64,000 nt of DNA from Paludibacteraceae bacterium (lineage in GTDB: Bacteria > Bacteroidota > Bacteroidia > Bacteroidales > Paludibacteraceae), in assembly GCA_017451525.1 (NCBI GenBank), contig JAFTOD010000002.1:190964-254963 (forward strand), given 5' to 3'. Within the stretch, counting starts at the first letter, position 1. Each line of letters starts with the position of its first letter. The position numbers and the translations under genes are program-made. The notes under the pieces are model-generated. The model did not search any database, was not told the origin of the DNA, and saw nothing but the letters and a program-made list of their open reading frames with translations. This document shows, piece by piece, positions 62,853-64,000 of this stretch.

Positions 62853-64000
62853 ATGCAACAAAATGATGTACAACCTCAAGTTGTGATGCCTTTTGAGGAA
62901 GAGAAGTCGAATTTTGATATCATGGAGTGGGTACTCCGCATAATTCGTCATTGGTATTTGTTTCTGATAGCAGGTGTTATCGCTTTCTCATTGGCTTATT
63001 TGAAAAATAAAAGTGTGATAGAGAAATATCTCACTACAGGTACGATGATTATCCAAGAATCTACATCAGGCAGCTATGGCGCGCAATCGCTGATGCATGG
63101 TTTCGGTGTAGAAGCTGGTTATAAGAACGTGAATAACCAACTGATTATTATGGGTAGTTACGATTTGATTCGTCGTACAGTGGACTCGCTCCCATTTATG
63201 AATGTGGAGTATATCACGCAAGGCAGATTCAAGACTCGTAATATCTACCACAATACGCCTATAGCAGTGGAGTACTCGCGTGTGGAACCAGCTGCATATG
63301 AGCATTTATTCAAGTGTGAAGTAGTGGATGGGGGAATGCTGCATGTCACTTCCACTATGGAAGACTTTGACTTCTCTTATACTACGCAATATGGCAAAGA
63401 ACTGCAAACATCATTGTTTACGGCTACCATTTGGCCTACCGATATGTTGATGCGCGAAGGTCAACATATCTATTTCCGTTTTCGCAGTGTAGCAAGTCTG
63501 ACAGAGGAGTTCTCTTCGCGTTTGCAATTAAATTTCTTGACCGAACAAAGTACGGTGTTAGGCATTCAACTGGTAAGTGAAACGCCTGCTCGTGATAGAG
63601 ATTTTATTGATAAACTTTGTGAAATTTACCTATTGCAGAATGTGGAGCGCAAAAATATGGTGGCAGATAAGTCTATTGCCTTCATCAATCAGCAGTTAGA
63701 GGTATTGCAAAGTAGCTTGACAAAGAGCGAGAGTGCCATGACAGGTTTCCGCCAAGAAAATAAGTTTGTGGACGTAGGTTCTTATGCTGGCGAATTGATG
63801 GAAAGAGCAAGCGTATATGATCAACAGCAAATGGCATTGCGCTTGAAAGAGACCTATTTGGATTATTTGTCTAACTATTTAGATAAAAAGATTGAGCAAG
63901 GCTCAGTAGTTGCCCCTGCATCTTTAGGTTTGAACGAGCCAATGTTGATGCAACTGGTACAACAATTAAACGACTTGCATATCCAACGTGGTGATTTGAG
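62853..64000 (+). CDS. Chain-length determinant / tyrosine-kinase-type polysaccharide co-polymerase (Wzc/GumC-like), N-terminal part, continues past the window
   Basis: I translated this by eye and it is not in the ORF track because no stop falls in the window. Sequence begins MQQNDVQPQ...MEWVLRIIRHWYLFLIAGVIAFSLAYL (TM), followed by a periplasmic coiled-coil region (FINQQLEVLQSSLTKSESAMTGFRQEN). Confidence 0.8.
   Translation, partial: MQQNDVQPQVVMPFEEEKSNFDIMEWVLRIIRHWYLFLIAGVIAFSLAYLKNKSVIEKYLTTGTMIIQESTSGSYGAQSLMHGFGVEAGYKNVNNQLIIMGSYDLIRRTVDSLPFMNVEYITQGRFKTRNIYHNTPIAVEYSRVEPAAYEHLFKCEVVDGGMLHVTSTMEDFDFSYTTQYGKELQTSLFTATIWPTDMLMREGQHIYFRFRSVASLTEEFSSRLQLNFLTEQSTVLGIQLVSETPARDRDFIDKLCEIYLLQNVERKNMVADKSIAFINQQLEVLQSSLTKSESAMTGFRQENKFVDVGSYAGELMERASVYDQQQMALRLKETYLDYLSNYLDKKIEQGSVVAPASLGLNEPMLMQLVQQLNDLHIQRGDL

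Overview
This window reads as a chromosomal segment from a Bacteroidota (Bacteroidales, possibly Prevotellaceae-like) genome. That placement is inferred from three things. TAnnTTTG -7 promoter boxes sit 20-60 nt upstream of most start codons. Two proteins carry T9SS-type C-terminal tails. The DUF and gene content fits. I call 54 CDS, nearly all housekeeping or cell-envelope:
- a MacAB-TolC-like efflux operon and an M16 peptidase
- era, apbE and two M23 peptidases, one with degenerate catalytic motifs
- three GH13 starch enzymes
- gyrA, ruvX-def-mntP-DUF3109-cinA and a YidE/YbjL-type transporter
- cdsA, an acyltransferase, bactofilin, DUF1015 and an OmpH-like protein
- a sugar transferase/Wzi-like/GT2 cluster
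- class I fumarase, dxr-rseP, mnmA, gcvT and pepT
- the start of a Wza/Wzc-type polysaccharide export locus

I found no rRNA, tRNA, CRISPR array, transposase or integrase.

The unusual content is non-coding:
1. Two collinear, promoter-driven ~300-nt elements (21850-22159 and 33686-33979) share sequence blocks and keep their helices through compensatory changes. Each lies just upstream of an unrelated envelope-protein gene wedged between housekeeping genes. I read them as a paralogous structured RNA (leader or sRNA) family that I cannot name.
2. Several families of short-word repeats punctuate gene junctions. The clearest is CACTAAA words flanking small, covarying GC hairpins. These repeats donate stop codons and C-terminal residues to ORFs. 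In cinA they appear to have inserted in frame.
3. There are two 11-bp-periodic tandem arrays, one built on TACGTA palindromes.
4. An AT-rich island of three hypothetical genes (7.0-10.2 kb) has a promoter nearly identical to that of RNA copy 2.

All functional assignments come from motif recognition by eye. No database search was run.
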